From: Leptogorgia sarmentosa
Lineage: Eukaryota
Assembly (NCBI GenBank): GCA_964658305.1
Contig: OZ210886.1
Coordinates: 930,001 to 994,000 of the forward strand
Direction of reading: 5' to 3'
DNA length: 64,000 bases
In this document: positions 24,780 through 37,165 of the stretch, piece after piece
Layout of the letters: each line of letters begins with the position of its first letter
How positions within the stretch are numbered: position 1 is the first letter of the stretch
The notes under the pieces: model-generated
Told to the model about the DNA's origin: nothing
The model's input: only the letters and a program-made list of their open reading frames with translations
Database searches by the model: none
Position numbers and translations under genes: made by a program

Positions 24780-26794
24780 CTACCACTTCTGCTCATTAAC
24801 ACTTTCCAGATCATCTTCATCATCGCCAAACTGACTGCTGCTACTTAAACTGGATTCTGACGTACTACTGCTATCTAATCCTCCTTCTGTACAAACTATG
24901 AACAGCTGAATACCCAAGAATAGAAATGAGATAGCACACGTGATTAGAGTAAACCAGAGAAACGTCGTCTTGAAATAAAAGTTGTCGATTAGATGACCAC
25001 TGAGCACTGTACCAGTACTTGTTCCAATTGCCAAGTAAATGCCATGAAGAGTGTCTATAGAAAAGAACGAAAAAATTCACCAGTAATCCACAATAGGTTA
25101 CACGAAGGAAGATATCTACTTAATTAAAATAATGCATGGTTGGACTTTTTTTGAATGCCCATTGGCATTATGCTTATATATATGGACCAAATAATAATAA
25201 AAACTGACTACGCCTTGTTCCAAATCCTCAGCCGAATCTCTATCCTACTAGGACAAGACATCTGTCGCAATTCAGAGCTAGGTGATTAAATGAAATTGTG
25301 ATGAAATGTTGCATATATCGAATTTTGTCGCATGTATATTTAGACTTTAGTAACTGTACAAAGAGCAAAATTTTTCGCCCGAGAAGTTTAATTAAGTAAG
25401 CGTATATGTGATGGGTCACTGATGGCTATGATTGAGATAATTTGTTACGAAGATAATTGCTAATACTTGTTACCTTGCATATGATTGCTTGAGCCTGCAG
25501 GTGTTGCACTTTTCAGAAATGAATTGATTGCAAACATCATGATTCCTGAAACCAAGGCTTGAAGTATCTTGACAGGAATTACAAGCCACGGATTGTGAAT
25601 ACCGGAATAACTGAGGAATAGTCCAATGTAGCCAACAAAACCAAGACCTACCGCAGACATATGACCCATGTACTCTATTAACTGGTTGAACAAAAAGAAG
25701 ACTAAGACACCAGCTAGACATTCTGTACTCGTTGATAACCCCATGATGATCGCGTCGCCACCACGGATATCAATAAACCAATAAACGAATGTGAAAAGAA
25801 ATCCATTGGAGAAGCCCATCAAGGCATAAGCCAGAATGAAAATGCTATATTGAAAGTTCCATTTACTTGACTGTATCTTGCGGGTCAAGTCGATTTCGTA
25901 GGAATCAATCGCAAGATCAAGGCGGAAACCAATAAGTAGTGCAGCACCTACGAATGCAAGGTTAAAGTAGAATACATAATGGAAGGATCCTATCAATTCG
26001 CCGCATATCATTTGAGACCTTGCATCCACAATTACACCAATCACGACAGCCACTACACCCCAAGCCATATCTCCCCATACCCATACAACCTTTGGTCTAT
26101 ATACATCGTCAACCAGAGTAAAAACACATGCGTCGAACATATCTATTGCCACAGTTAGGATTATCATTGCTATAAAAATATAATGGACGTCTGTTGCATG
26201 GGCGAACTGGTATTGCATTATGCTCGTACGATTCAGTATTGGAGAAACTGTCGAGTTTGTTGCATTCAAGGCTTGTCCGCCATACGACTGTTTCATTTCT
26301 GGTTGAACTGTTGACCAGTTGTCAGTTTTGTTCATTGAATCATTCTCGTCGTAATTCTCTAATGAAAGATAGCTGGGTGTGAAGTTCAATACTTGCACCC
26401 ATTCGTCCGTGACTACCGAACGTTTGGTCATGATATGCTTGGAAAATCTATCTTTTATTTGACCATTGGTATATTGTATTCGGCATACCCCCTTGTCTGG
26501 TTGTAATATTACGAAAATCATGAAAAATTTCCCAATCATTAAAATACACGAAGCTATGAATAGTAATTTCCTTGCGCGAAACCTCGTGGCTAGTTTTATT
26601 AAGATTGGCGTACCAATTGCTTGAAGTAGTGGCCGCAAGCCAGCTATCAAACCGACTTGTGTTGTGCTCAACCCAACGTACTTCAAATAGAGTGGTAAAA
26701 ATAAAAGAACTGGCATATAGCCTGCATAGAATGCCAAGTAGAACATTTGATAAGGCAAATGTTTTTTGAATGTCCATTTTTCGTCATGAAGCAT
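24780..26794 (-). CDS. MFSD6-like MFS protein (copy E)
   Basis: Exons 26794-25474 and 25054-24780, junction MQ-D/TLHGIYLAIGTSTG. Confidence 0.87.
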
Positions 26795-27269
26795 CGTAAC
26801 ACATTAACGTTGGCAACTTCTCTCTGTTCAGTTCAGACTCATTCAAACTGTTCACACTCCAGTATAGTTTTATCCTGTCGATACCATGTTATCTTCATAC
26901 CAGGCGGGTACCCCTCCAGACTGGCTCGATGGCACAAACTGATACAGTTTCTTTCGCACATTAATCACTTCAGGGGTGGTGGAGCGTTTGCTGTTAAATT
27001 TTTCCCCATATCAAAGTCTACAACTCCGTCTTTGTTATTATTCAAATATGCTCATTTTATCTTGCTCTGATGATCAAGTAGAATGCCGATGTTTTGGTTG
27101 ACTGAATCAACAGAGATCTAATTATGCCGAACTCTTCGGCAAGTATCTGGACGTTCCTAGCGAACTTACATACTGAAAAAAAATATTGTAACTAATATAA
27201 TCTACACAGTCTTATGGTAAAACATTAGCTCATTTGATTGAATATTGTAGATAAAATAAATTGTCGTAG

Positions 27270-27372
27270 CTAGTCGAGCGTTAATTGGAGTGTGTATATT
27301 CGTATATTCATGTTCTGCCCCACAAGTTTCAAAAGAAATCCGTCGGGCAGGTCAGGACATGAATATATATTA
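27270..27372. repeat. Short palindromic interspersed repeat
   Basis: atattcatgttctgccc...gggcaggtcaggacatgaatat forms an imperfect inverted repeat. A related half copy (aacacgaatatatgaatt + poly-C + caattatc) lies at ~19070-19150. Confidence 0.5.
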
Positions 27373-28591
27373 ATCTGCGTATTTTACAATATACTGCAAG
27401 TATATATACAACTTTAATTAACTGAAATAGTATTTTTTCCGACACACACTGAAGAGGACCGAATTGTTATTTTTAATGCTCTCATCAGATTACATTACCG
27501 ATCATTTCGATTCATTACCCGGCAGCCCCCGGTGATGTTGCCAATAGCAACGGTGATTACATAAGTGGTAACTAAAGGAGTTGAGGATTGGCTAAATGCA
27601 TGGCATGAATTTATGCTTCCATGTAAACAAAGCAATAAAATTAATCGCGTTCTGGTTCCCAAGCTCGATCAGTGCGCCTGAGTTGCCAATGTTTTATGTC
27701 ATTTTACATACAGCTATTCCAATTGAGGTCCGAAAACCACAAAACCTCGACCTTCAAGGTCGAACATTTTTTTGGAAAGCATGCCCCAGTAAACTCGAAA
27801 GCGAGGCTGAATCGCCAAGCCCTGTTACTGTAATACAGCAAGAATTACTCCATAGCCTCGTTTTCGAGTTTGCTAACGTATATGCTTTGTGAAAGTGTGT
27901 ACTGTGGAATGTTTGTGGTTTTGAATCTTTGTGGAGGTTTGTGCAAGGTGATAATACTGTTTACATATCAAAGTTAAATTAGTATTTTACCATCTCGATT
28001 ATTTGTTTGGGTTATTATTAGCTATACACCAACACCCGGTATGCCTATCCTCTATCAAATGCACAGGGTAAACTGGATTTGACATTTATCAAATAAGAAG
28101 TGAGAACTATAGGTTTTATGGAATTCAAAGACGTAAGCAGTAATTAGCCTCTTCAACTTTCACTCAGCCGCTTTCAGGGAATCAGGGATCCGATTCAGGG
28201 AGGCGTAAAGAGCTCACAAATGAAAATTGTCAATGAACGGGGGTGAGGAAGGAGAGAGAGGGGGGTGGGGGCAGACAGGCGGCAGACTGAAACAACTGAC
28301 ACGCGATTCATTTTCGCGGGCTAATTTCTTTCCATAATCACAACGCCATTTTATAGCATCAAATAGCATTGTTATGTCTGTGATTGCCAATGTTAATGTA
28401 TGTGTGTCAACAGTGGAGTTTAATCAATAATAGGTGATGATATTATCATTTTTCAGTAACTGATCCAAAACTGGTTGACCTAAAAAAAGCCGACATTTGA
28501 TATACCTTAGATTGCTGCAAACAACATCAGTCTGAACGTGACTACGGACGAAGGAACATCTGCATTATAAAAGAAAGTGTACAAAGAAACT

Positions 28592-31500
28592 ATGAAGTCT
28601 CTTTTACTGGTAACTTTATTGGCTGTCTTCCACATTCCAAGGGTGTCTACTTCAGGTGAGATTCAGAATTTTTTCAAACATACATCGGTATACCAAAGTT
28701 ACATATGCATACTGACGAGGCGCGTCATATATAAAAGTTGCATAAGAGAACTTATAAAACAGATGTGTCTACTTGATCTTGAAAAGCTGTTCAACGTACG
28801 TTTTGTGTATTTCAAATTTGCGTGCTTTTCTTAATGTTTCTTAAAGAAGTTCCGCTATATCATATTCTAGTTTTGTGTATACATTTACGAAGTAACATCT
28901 TTTTTACAAAATACATCTTTCATTAAGCATAACCTTTTTCTTATTTCATGCATGGCTACATATCTGATTTGGTGCTATCGAAGTTATGACTTATATACTG
29001 ATAGTTATCAACTTTTTACTCTCTTTTTCTTTTGCTTGCAAGTCAGACTTCACTAATGACTGAGGGTTATAATTTCAGAGACTGTATTAATTATAGAGTC
29101 ACAGTCAGTCACTGATCGTTTCTCATACATGCATTGGCTGGTATGTAATTTAAAAGACGTACATGAAACATTATGTGATTGTTGGAGCCTTGGAATACTT
29201 TTCATAAATTAAAAACGTAGAATTTCTAGCTGTAAAGTCACAGTACAATACATCCACAGTCCGCAGATAGGTAGACATATTGCGTTGTTTAAACTATTTG
29301 AAAGATTCCTCAAAGATATATCGATTATTCGATCGTCCTTACAGCAGGGAAAATAGTGTCATGCATAAACATTCAATCACTTCCCAAAGTTTCCAACGTC
29401 AAAGTTTTTTTATTGTTTTCGAGTAGAATAACTCAATGACGCATGACAGTAACTCAATACTTTTTCATTGAATGTACTGCTTGTACAAATTTCACACTTA
29501 ACTGTCCAGAAAATTCGGCTTGATTGTTAAGGGTTAGGTTGAGTTGTGATATTGTTGTCTACGGTATCGAGTATGGAATTATACATCATTTCTCAAAAAA
29601 AAATAAGCAAAAACCTCTTAAAGTCGGCGAAATACAAACAGCTTTAACCCAACAGAATATATAGCTAGTCCTTGATCACTGGGTCAACATTAGTGTTTAC
29701 AGTATTTTGTTAAACCGGCAGGGGGTCATTTGGCTAAGTGGAATTATCCAAGTGGTGGATGGTGAAAGAAACGTAGCGCAGAAGCGGAAAGCAGGGGCTC
29801 TGGAAGCTTCTCAAAGTTGAGGGGGTCCATCTATATGAGGGCACTCTCCCACCATTCTAAAATTGTTTTGAAACGGTTATTCTTATTTCGAACTTCGTTT
29901 TGAACAACACTCCTTCCACCAAAATAGACCTACAATCGCATGCAAAAATAATGAGATTTTTAATACCTACTTCAAAATGTTTTTCTCATTTTGACACGTT
30001 TATACAGATCTACTTCAGATTTTTTTTTAATATTTCCCTCCTCCCCGCAATGACAATGTTGCGTGAATCTCTTTGAGCAAACCAGATGGCGAGATATGGT
30101 TGTTACAACATTGCTTTAGGAGAGAAGGGAGCAAAAATTTTTACACGTCATTTTAGCCTAAATTACTTTTTTGTTGGATTTCACGTTTTTCTCTTATCCG
30201 GCTTGTCTATATACTTGACTAAAACCTGCTTGCGGGATTCCTGAATATACATATAGGACATTTTGCTTTCAAGACAAAGCTAGTATAAATAAACAAGATA
30301 TTTGATGACCGCGGCTGAGTCAGGTCATCACACCATCTGGGTAGTCAGCTGGTCACCAGAAATCTTTAAAATGGCGCACATTTTTCCTTTAACTGCATGT
30401 GTATGACCTGGCGTGCTCTGAAGGTACTTCACTGTGGATTAGGGGCTTTTTATCGTACAGGGTGGGATAGGTAGGGTAGGGGGAAAAGACATCTGTATAA
30501 ATTTGATTTCATATCTAAAATAAGCAATGATGCATATCAATACTTTCAATTGAAAAAGGAATTAAGGACCAAATGTTAACTTTCGTGTTGATTTTTTACA
30601 ATTGCTATATATAGGATCATCGAATATCAAATAATGGATGAAACATGTACACATATAGTAATAATTATCAACCTTGTTCCAGGAGCGTAGAAAAGAAACC
30701 GTGGGAACGAGGTTGAATATTTTTTGTCATACTTTATAATATTATTATTCAAAAAAACCCATTTCACCTTCTTGTGACGTTCTTGTTCAAGATATGATTA
30801 AATTTAATAAGTGGAAGAACAACAAACGCAATTAAGGTTGATGACTGCAGGTTGCCGTCTGATACGTCTGATGTTTGTTTATATAACTAAATTAACTATA
30901 AGTTGAAACCAAAAATCTTACCAGGGTTAATGAGGTTCATCACAATTTTAAAATCGTTGGTTTCAGTTGAAATTGAACTGGCGTATGAGTAAAAAATCAG
31001 CACCCTTGTTTCCATTTCGTTGACAATCGGCCTCCATTATTCTCAGTATGACTCAGTTTTGTTTTAAAAGATACGCCATGCATTAGGTGTGTGAACTAAA
31101 AGAAATTTGGACTTGTATCTTTCATAACCAGTGCCGCTCCACGAAATTTCTGGACACTTCGATTGTCAGACCAAATCGCAGCCTTCCATCAGGGAGCATT
31201 ACCCACCGTTCACCAGGCCTCACAGTATAAAACATCTCTTTTCTAGTTTTATTGAAAAAGGGAAATTGTCCTTTGGTATATGAATCCGATCATAACTGCA
31301 AGAGAAAATTCGATTCGGAATGCCTCCTGGATTTTGACTGCAAGAACACAATGAAATGCTGTCGTACAGCGTGTCATCAATACAAGTGTGTCCAACCGTT
31401 AAGAAATAAAGGTAAGTTTATTATATTGTATATTCTCACAACTAAAATTCGGTACAGGATTGAAGAACAACAAATTAAACTTCTCCAAAATTACCACCTT

Positions 31501-32267
31501 TACTAGTTACTACCTAAAGTAATAATATAAATGAATCAAATAATTGATCGACTGTTATTTCTAGTTTGCCACAGAAACAGTGACATGGCATTCGTTCTGG
31601 ACGCATCAGGCAGCATTGGAGAAGAGTCATTCGAAAAAATGAAAAATATCGTTAAAAAATTACTTGAATCCTTTTCACACGAGAAAGGTTACCGTCATGC
31701 AATGGTTGTATATGGTGGAAAGCCAAGTATGATGTTTAACAATGTTGCTACATTGAATGAGAATATAAACACAGCTGATCTCATTAAGACAGTGGGTGAT
31801 GTACCGTATTATGGATCACCTGTGACCAGAATTAACGCTGCTCTGCGATTGGTTCATCAAGAAGTATTTCCTCGGTACAAAAGCCAAGATCATAGAACTA
31901 AGGTATGCAATGATGCAAATTAAACACTCCCATACACACATTTCATTTGGATGAATCATTTGAAAAGTGGAGGGCACTGCCAAAAAAGTGCATACACTGC
32001 ATAATTCTCATATTTTTAAAATTTTTGAAGATGATCATCCTACTCACGGATGGAATTCAAAACACTCCGCCGTATCAAGAAGGGCTGAGAAAAGCTGGAG
32101 AAGTTCTGGACAATGAAAACATAAAAGTGTTTGGCGTTCTTACAGGAGAAGAGAAAAACGTGAATTCTTTATTGAATTTGTGTACGAATGACCAATTCAT
32201 ATTTCAACCAGACTTTCTCCCAGAACTAATCGAGACCATGAATCATGAAATGGAATACTATTGCTAA
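28592..32267 (+). CDS. Secreted WAP (four-disulfide core) + von Willebrand factor A domain protein, 267 aa
   Basis: Exons 28592-28655 (signal peptide MKSLLLVTLLAVFHIPRVSTS), 31247-31411 (KKGNCP...C...C..DFDC....KCC...C....CVQP, 8 Cys), 31565-31902 (DMAFVLDASGSI, MIDAS DxSxS) and 32031-32267 (IILLTDG). All splice phases are compatible; 804 nt in total. Confidence 0.85.
30669..30716. repeat. Mini palindromic element (CAACCTCGTTCCCA...TGGGAACGAGGTTG family)
   Basis: caaccttgttccagg...cgtgggaacgaggttg. Related copies or halves occur at ~35620-35637, ~39969-40021 and ~59340-59353. Confidence 0.6.
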
Positions 32268-32858
32268 GGTATGGTGTATCCATTGTGTTTCTATTACAAA
32301 TTGTTTAGTATCAATTTTGATGATTTGAAACGGCAATCTGTGGCTATGGAGAGATTGTGTCAAGGCCAGGCTATGTTTAAAAAGGTCCTTGTTTAAATTA
32401 AAGGAACTGGGGCTATGTAATGATGATTGCAGACATCCTATATTGCGCATTGCATCAGTATAAACCTGATGTAAACTTACTGACTGAGCGGATAGTTTTA
32501 GTTTTTTTAAGTTGAACAAGTTCGTTTGCATGTAATCCTTCAAAAATCTTAATATGCTAAGGTTTATTAGTTGATGCAGTACTGTATATAATAAATTATG
32601 TTCTTAATTCTTTCCTTTCAGATTTTGGTATCATACCCTCTCGCTTCAATGTACTGTAATCTCCAGTTAATAATAGCTCAGTTGTGATAAAATTAGCTAC
32701 GTAAAGATGTAGCTGGAAAATTTACTAGTTTTAGTAAAAATTAATCTTTGTAAGAACGTCAAATAAACTTCCTCCAAATCACAACCGAAAACCTGTTTAT
32801 TCATTTACATAAATTACCACACAAATTGTTTAAGACTTTTTGCAGGTAAACCTCGAGC

Positions 32859-32910
32859 TACAGGGTGTCCCCAAAAAGACCCCTCTACAGAAATCACTCT
32901 TTTTGTTGTT
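32859..32910 (+). mobile_element. Tc1/mariner-type terminal repeat remnant
   Basis: TA followed by cagggtgtccccaaaaag; similar to 1689-1745. Confidence 0.45.
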
Positions 32911-33131
32911 AATCTCGGGTTATTACACCTCTGGGAATTCAGAAACTGGGCTTTAGAGGTTATCTTTAATCGATATTTCCGCTGTGAAGAAGATCAAAAT
33001 CACTGATCTATATAAAATATGCAAATTTTATTTTTTATCACTTACTGTTGACATGTCAGACTCTAATCTCAATGTTTGTGTCCGTCCATAGTCCAGTACG
33101 TAGTTGCTCGCAATAGTGTGGTATTCACAAT

Positions 33132-34537
33132 ATGTGGACTTGGTTAAACGAAGAACTCACTTTCAAACGACTTTCATTTGGACTTGAGGATGCCAGTGTT
33201 TTGACAGCATCAGCTGTAAGTATGAAACGATTCATGGCCAGTATTGGTCAGTCTGTACTTATAGTAGCTACAGCCTGAACAGACGTGCAAATGTCCTATA
33301 TATGAAACATACTTTTAAGATTTGTTGACACAAATTAAAATCTTTGCTTTACTTGCATAAAAGAGCTGAGAGAAACACTGAAACAGTATACAGAACAAAT
33401 CCTTATAGGCACTATATTTGCATGGCATACTCAGTTCTAATATATATACATATATACATATATACATACATTAACGTAAACCCGCATGCAAATCGTGTCG
33501 AATCGTTTCCAACGTCTTTGAAAAATACAAAGAATATTGATGACAGTTTTCATTGGCTGCAGTACATTACAAAAGTTCGCTGTTGGTTCTCCCTTAATAC
33601 CAATATCACATAGCCTCAATATACAGTATACTAGTCAGAGAAACCAGAAGTACTTGTTTGTAATAATTTTAGTGACTCCCGAGGCCTTTGCTCGAATTTT
33701 GTTTTATCGTTTAGTGAGTGTAATCTTCCATGCATGTATTTTGATACGTTACCACATAAATACTTTATCTCCTAGGTCTTACCCTCATTCGTATTCTTGA
33801 TTCTGCGTCTGACAATCACACTGTTTTGTGTTGTCTGTATTATATGGAGTGGTTTTGATGACAGTAGTGGCGAAACAAAATGGTTCATCTACCTTACCAA
33901 CTGGTCATTTGCTATTCTAACTACAGCATTCATATTGTTGACATTTTTGTCTCTATCAAAAACTTACCAAGTGTATCGCAATGAACCTCACGCTGACAGC
34001 TACGGTACTTTTGAGACATCGGTCGAAGCAGCGCGCAAGCAGGAACACATAGAACTTCCACCCAGACGAGAAAGGCTGATCATAATACCAGAACCAGTAT
34101 CTTGTAAATGGCACCATCAAGTCACATGGCTCATCTGTAATATAGCGTTTTGTGCAGCTATCATTGTAACAGGCGCGTATTGGTTGTTTGAGGCAAAAAA
34201 TGTGGGGTTCCTTGATGTTGTTACGCATGCGTTTAACACTGTTTTTGTTCTTATTGAGCTGTGCCTTGGTCGTGTACCAATACGTTTACTGCACTTTATA
34301 TACACAGTTTTCTATTTAACACTGTATGTGATTTTCAGCGTAATTTATTGGCAAGCAGGAGGGTATAACGCAAAAGGGAAACCATATATTTACAAGAGTT
34401 TAGATTATGAAAACAAGAACGCTGGCGTAATTACTGCTCTGGTTCTTGCTTTGGTTGTTGTAGCACCACCTTTAGCTCAATTGGCTATGCTGGGACTTCA
34501 CAAGTTACGCCATCGTTGTTTTGGACACAACGCCTGA
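33132..34537 (+). CDS. Protein rolling stone-like multi-pass membrane protein (copy 1, 281 aa)
   Basis: Exon 1 is 33132-33215 (MWTWLNEELTFKRLSF..., gtaagt donor, phase 0); exon 2 is 33776-34537. Motifs WFIYLTNWS, THAFNTV, PIRLLHFIY and GKPYIYKSLDY. Confidence 0.85.
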
Positions 34538-35090
34538 ACCCAACACATGAATCTGGTCATCTGGACGTCTTAACATTTTAAAATTCAAACTGTAGTATTT
34601 AAACAGTCAATGTGTCAAACTGCTTGAAAGTTGTGGTAGCTAGATGAAATAAATGTACCTTTACTTCCTTTCGAAACTTAATTTTTTCCTTGTGTTTATA
34701 AGATTTCTAAAAGTATATCATAGTATGATAATGATTACAAAATAACGGAAATAAAAAACGTGGAATATTTGTGGTCGTCAGGAGGTGAATTGTTTTGACG
34801 ACATATGGTCCTTAGTTACGTTAATTTATTTATATATTTGACATATGTGATGAATATTTAAATGAAAGGTATTATATAATTACGAAGCAAGCTCAAATTT
34901 CTGGCACTTACGTGGTATTCTCTAACGGGTCTCCAGAAACATTGATAGAGGTTTTGTTTTGTCCTGTCGTCCTCAAAATCTCTTGCCGCTACAAAACAGA
35001 CAATCCAGGGTTACTGGTGGCTGCAGGCAGTACCAGCTGGTGTCAATGTAATGTAAATGATGTCATGTTGTTGTGACGGTCAATAAAAAT

Positions 35091-36681
35091 ATGTTGAATA
35101 CGCTCAAAAAAGAATTTTCGGTGAAGAAACTGTCATTGAAGTTAAACCAGAGTGATAGCATTCACGAATCTTGGGTAAGTAGTGATAGGATTTCGTCACA
35201 AGACTGTTACATAGTGCTACGAATCCTGATTTGCGGTTTTGCATGAGTGATTAAATAAACTCAAACTGTTGTATGTACTTCCATTCGAATTACGTATTTA
35301 CATTTTTCAAATATATAAATTATAGCTGGTATATATGTTTGTTTGATGTTATACCATGTAATGAATAAAGTCTAACGTTTTGTCACTCTCGGTATGAGAT
35401 GCCTGGTATGAAATTCAGCATTCCGCACGAGGCATCAGACAAAGAGATTATAAATAAAGCCGGTCATAAAAGTCAGTATTATTTGTGGAAGTCTTCAACG
35501 GATGTACATTCCAACAGCAGATGTTTCATGTGAACGAACTTATAACATTGACATACGGAAAACATTCCACGAGAATATACTGAATATTTATTGCATGGTT
35601 CAAACGTCGCGCCTCGAAGACCCTGGGTACGAGGTTGACGTCGCGCTCTGCCGGGCAATACATTTTTGTGATCAAATGTCAGTGCTTATAAAATTATAAT
35701 TCACCCAATAAATTTACCTAGCTCACATAGAACACAACAATGAACATTGACTGAAATTTGCTCTGACCAAATACTGGGTGTGTCCAGCAGCATCAAAGTC
35801 ATTGGGTACACCCCAGTCAGTCACAACGGCCTTGAATGCGGGTATAAGTTGTTAACATATAATCCTTTTAGGTGTTACCAACATGGGCTTTAATGTTCCT
35901 TCGACTTTTTATATCCACATTTTGTGTAACAATCATTATTGTCAGTGTTGCTCGAGGAACAAGTTCAAGATGGCTGATATACCTCACAAACTGGAGCTAT
36001 CTTCTGCTTACTATCACAATGATTGGACTAACGTTCATAAGCATACTGCGCGTTTTGAAAAACAAACAGGACTTGGAAAGTAATCTGCGAAAGGGAGCGT
36101 ACGAAATGACGAGTACCAAAACAGAAGATACTCAAATCACAGTTACTCAAATTCCAGAAACAGAAATTTTAGAAGATGAAAGATGCATTGTTGCACCATC
36201 TTTAATTTGGCAGGAGAAAATAGTGTGGTTTCTTTGGATCATTTCGGCCAACGCAGGTTTGCTTGTCACTGTTGAGTACTGGTTGCTAGTTTTCAGACCT
36301 CCAACAAGCTTCATGGATATATCGGTTCACGCACTAAATTCTGTTTTTATTCTCACCGAGTTATTAATTGGAAAATTACCTGTCCGTATCTTACATTGGA
36401 TTTACGTACTGATATTTTCCATAATTTATGCAGTGTTTACAGTAATTTACTGGGCAGCAGGTGGATTGAATGGCAGAGGAGATCCCTTTATTTACGACAT
36501 ATTGGATTACGAAAATGGGAAGCCTGGTTCAATAGCAGCTGTGTTGCTCAGTTCTATTTTTATTGTTACGCCTTTGATACAGTTTATTCTATATGGATTA
36601 CACCGGATTAGAATTCGGGTGGACAAAAAGAACAATACTACCAACAACAATTGCGATGCCAATAACGTTATGATTATCTAA
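35091..36681 (+). CDS. Protein rolling stone-like multi-pass membrane protein (copy 2, 297 aa)
   Basis: Exon 1 is 35091-35174 (MLNTLKKEFSVKKLSL...ESW, gtaagt donor); exon 2 is 35872-36681. Motifs WLIYLTNWS, VHALNSV, PVRILHWIY and GDPFIYDILDY. Confidence 0.85.
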
Positions 36682-37165
36682 TCATGCGATTGCTTTCTAA
36701 AATACAATTTCTCCTTATATAACAGGAAATCGCTTACTATTAACTATTTACAATTCAAGTTATAATAAACTTACGTATTTGTACACTACATTAAAACATT
36801 CATGCGCCTGTGAGTTCATGGATTTTTCGCTTCAGGCTTGGCTCGCGAAAGAAGATAAGTTTTAGCAAGCTAACTATTTAATTATCGTTATAATTTCTTA
36901 CGTATCCCCAGCTAATCCAGAAACACAAATCATAAACTTCATTTAAAATATTTTAAAAAATTTGTGCATACTTAACTTTCCAGCAGTCCCAATAAATCTC
37001 TTTGTTCGCTGTAACTACTCTGGTTTCTTGCTGTAACCAGAAAACCACTATAGTTTCTCGCCATAATTATGTCAGTGTTGCTAAGTGGAGCATGTGCATT
37101 ATTTGCGCCTGGCTTCCTACACTGATTGACATAGATAAAGTTGAATTTGCCTTCGTTGTACGAAA

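Noticed and set aside
26795..27055. Several short upstream ORFs before MFSD6-like copy E
   Set aside because: The TSS is unknown, so they cannot be shown to lie in the mRNA. Their frequency is plausible by chance.
35773..35817. Small hairpin actgggtgtgtcca...tgggtacaccccagt
   Set aside because: Imperfect and intronic. More likely a MITE remnant than an RNA gene.
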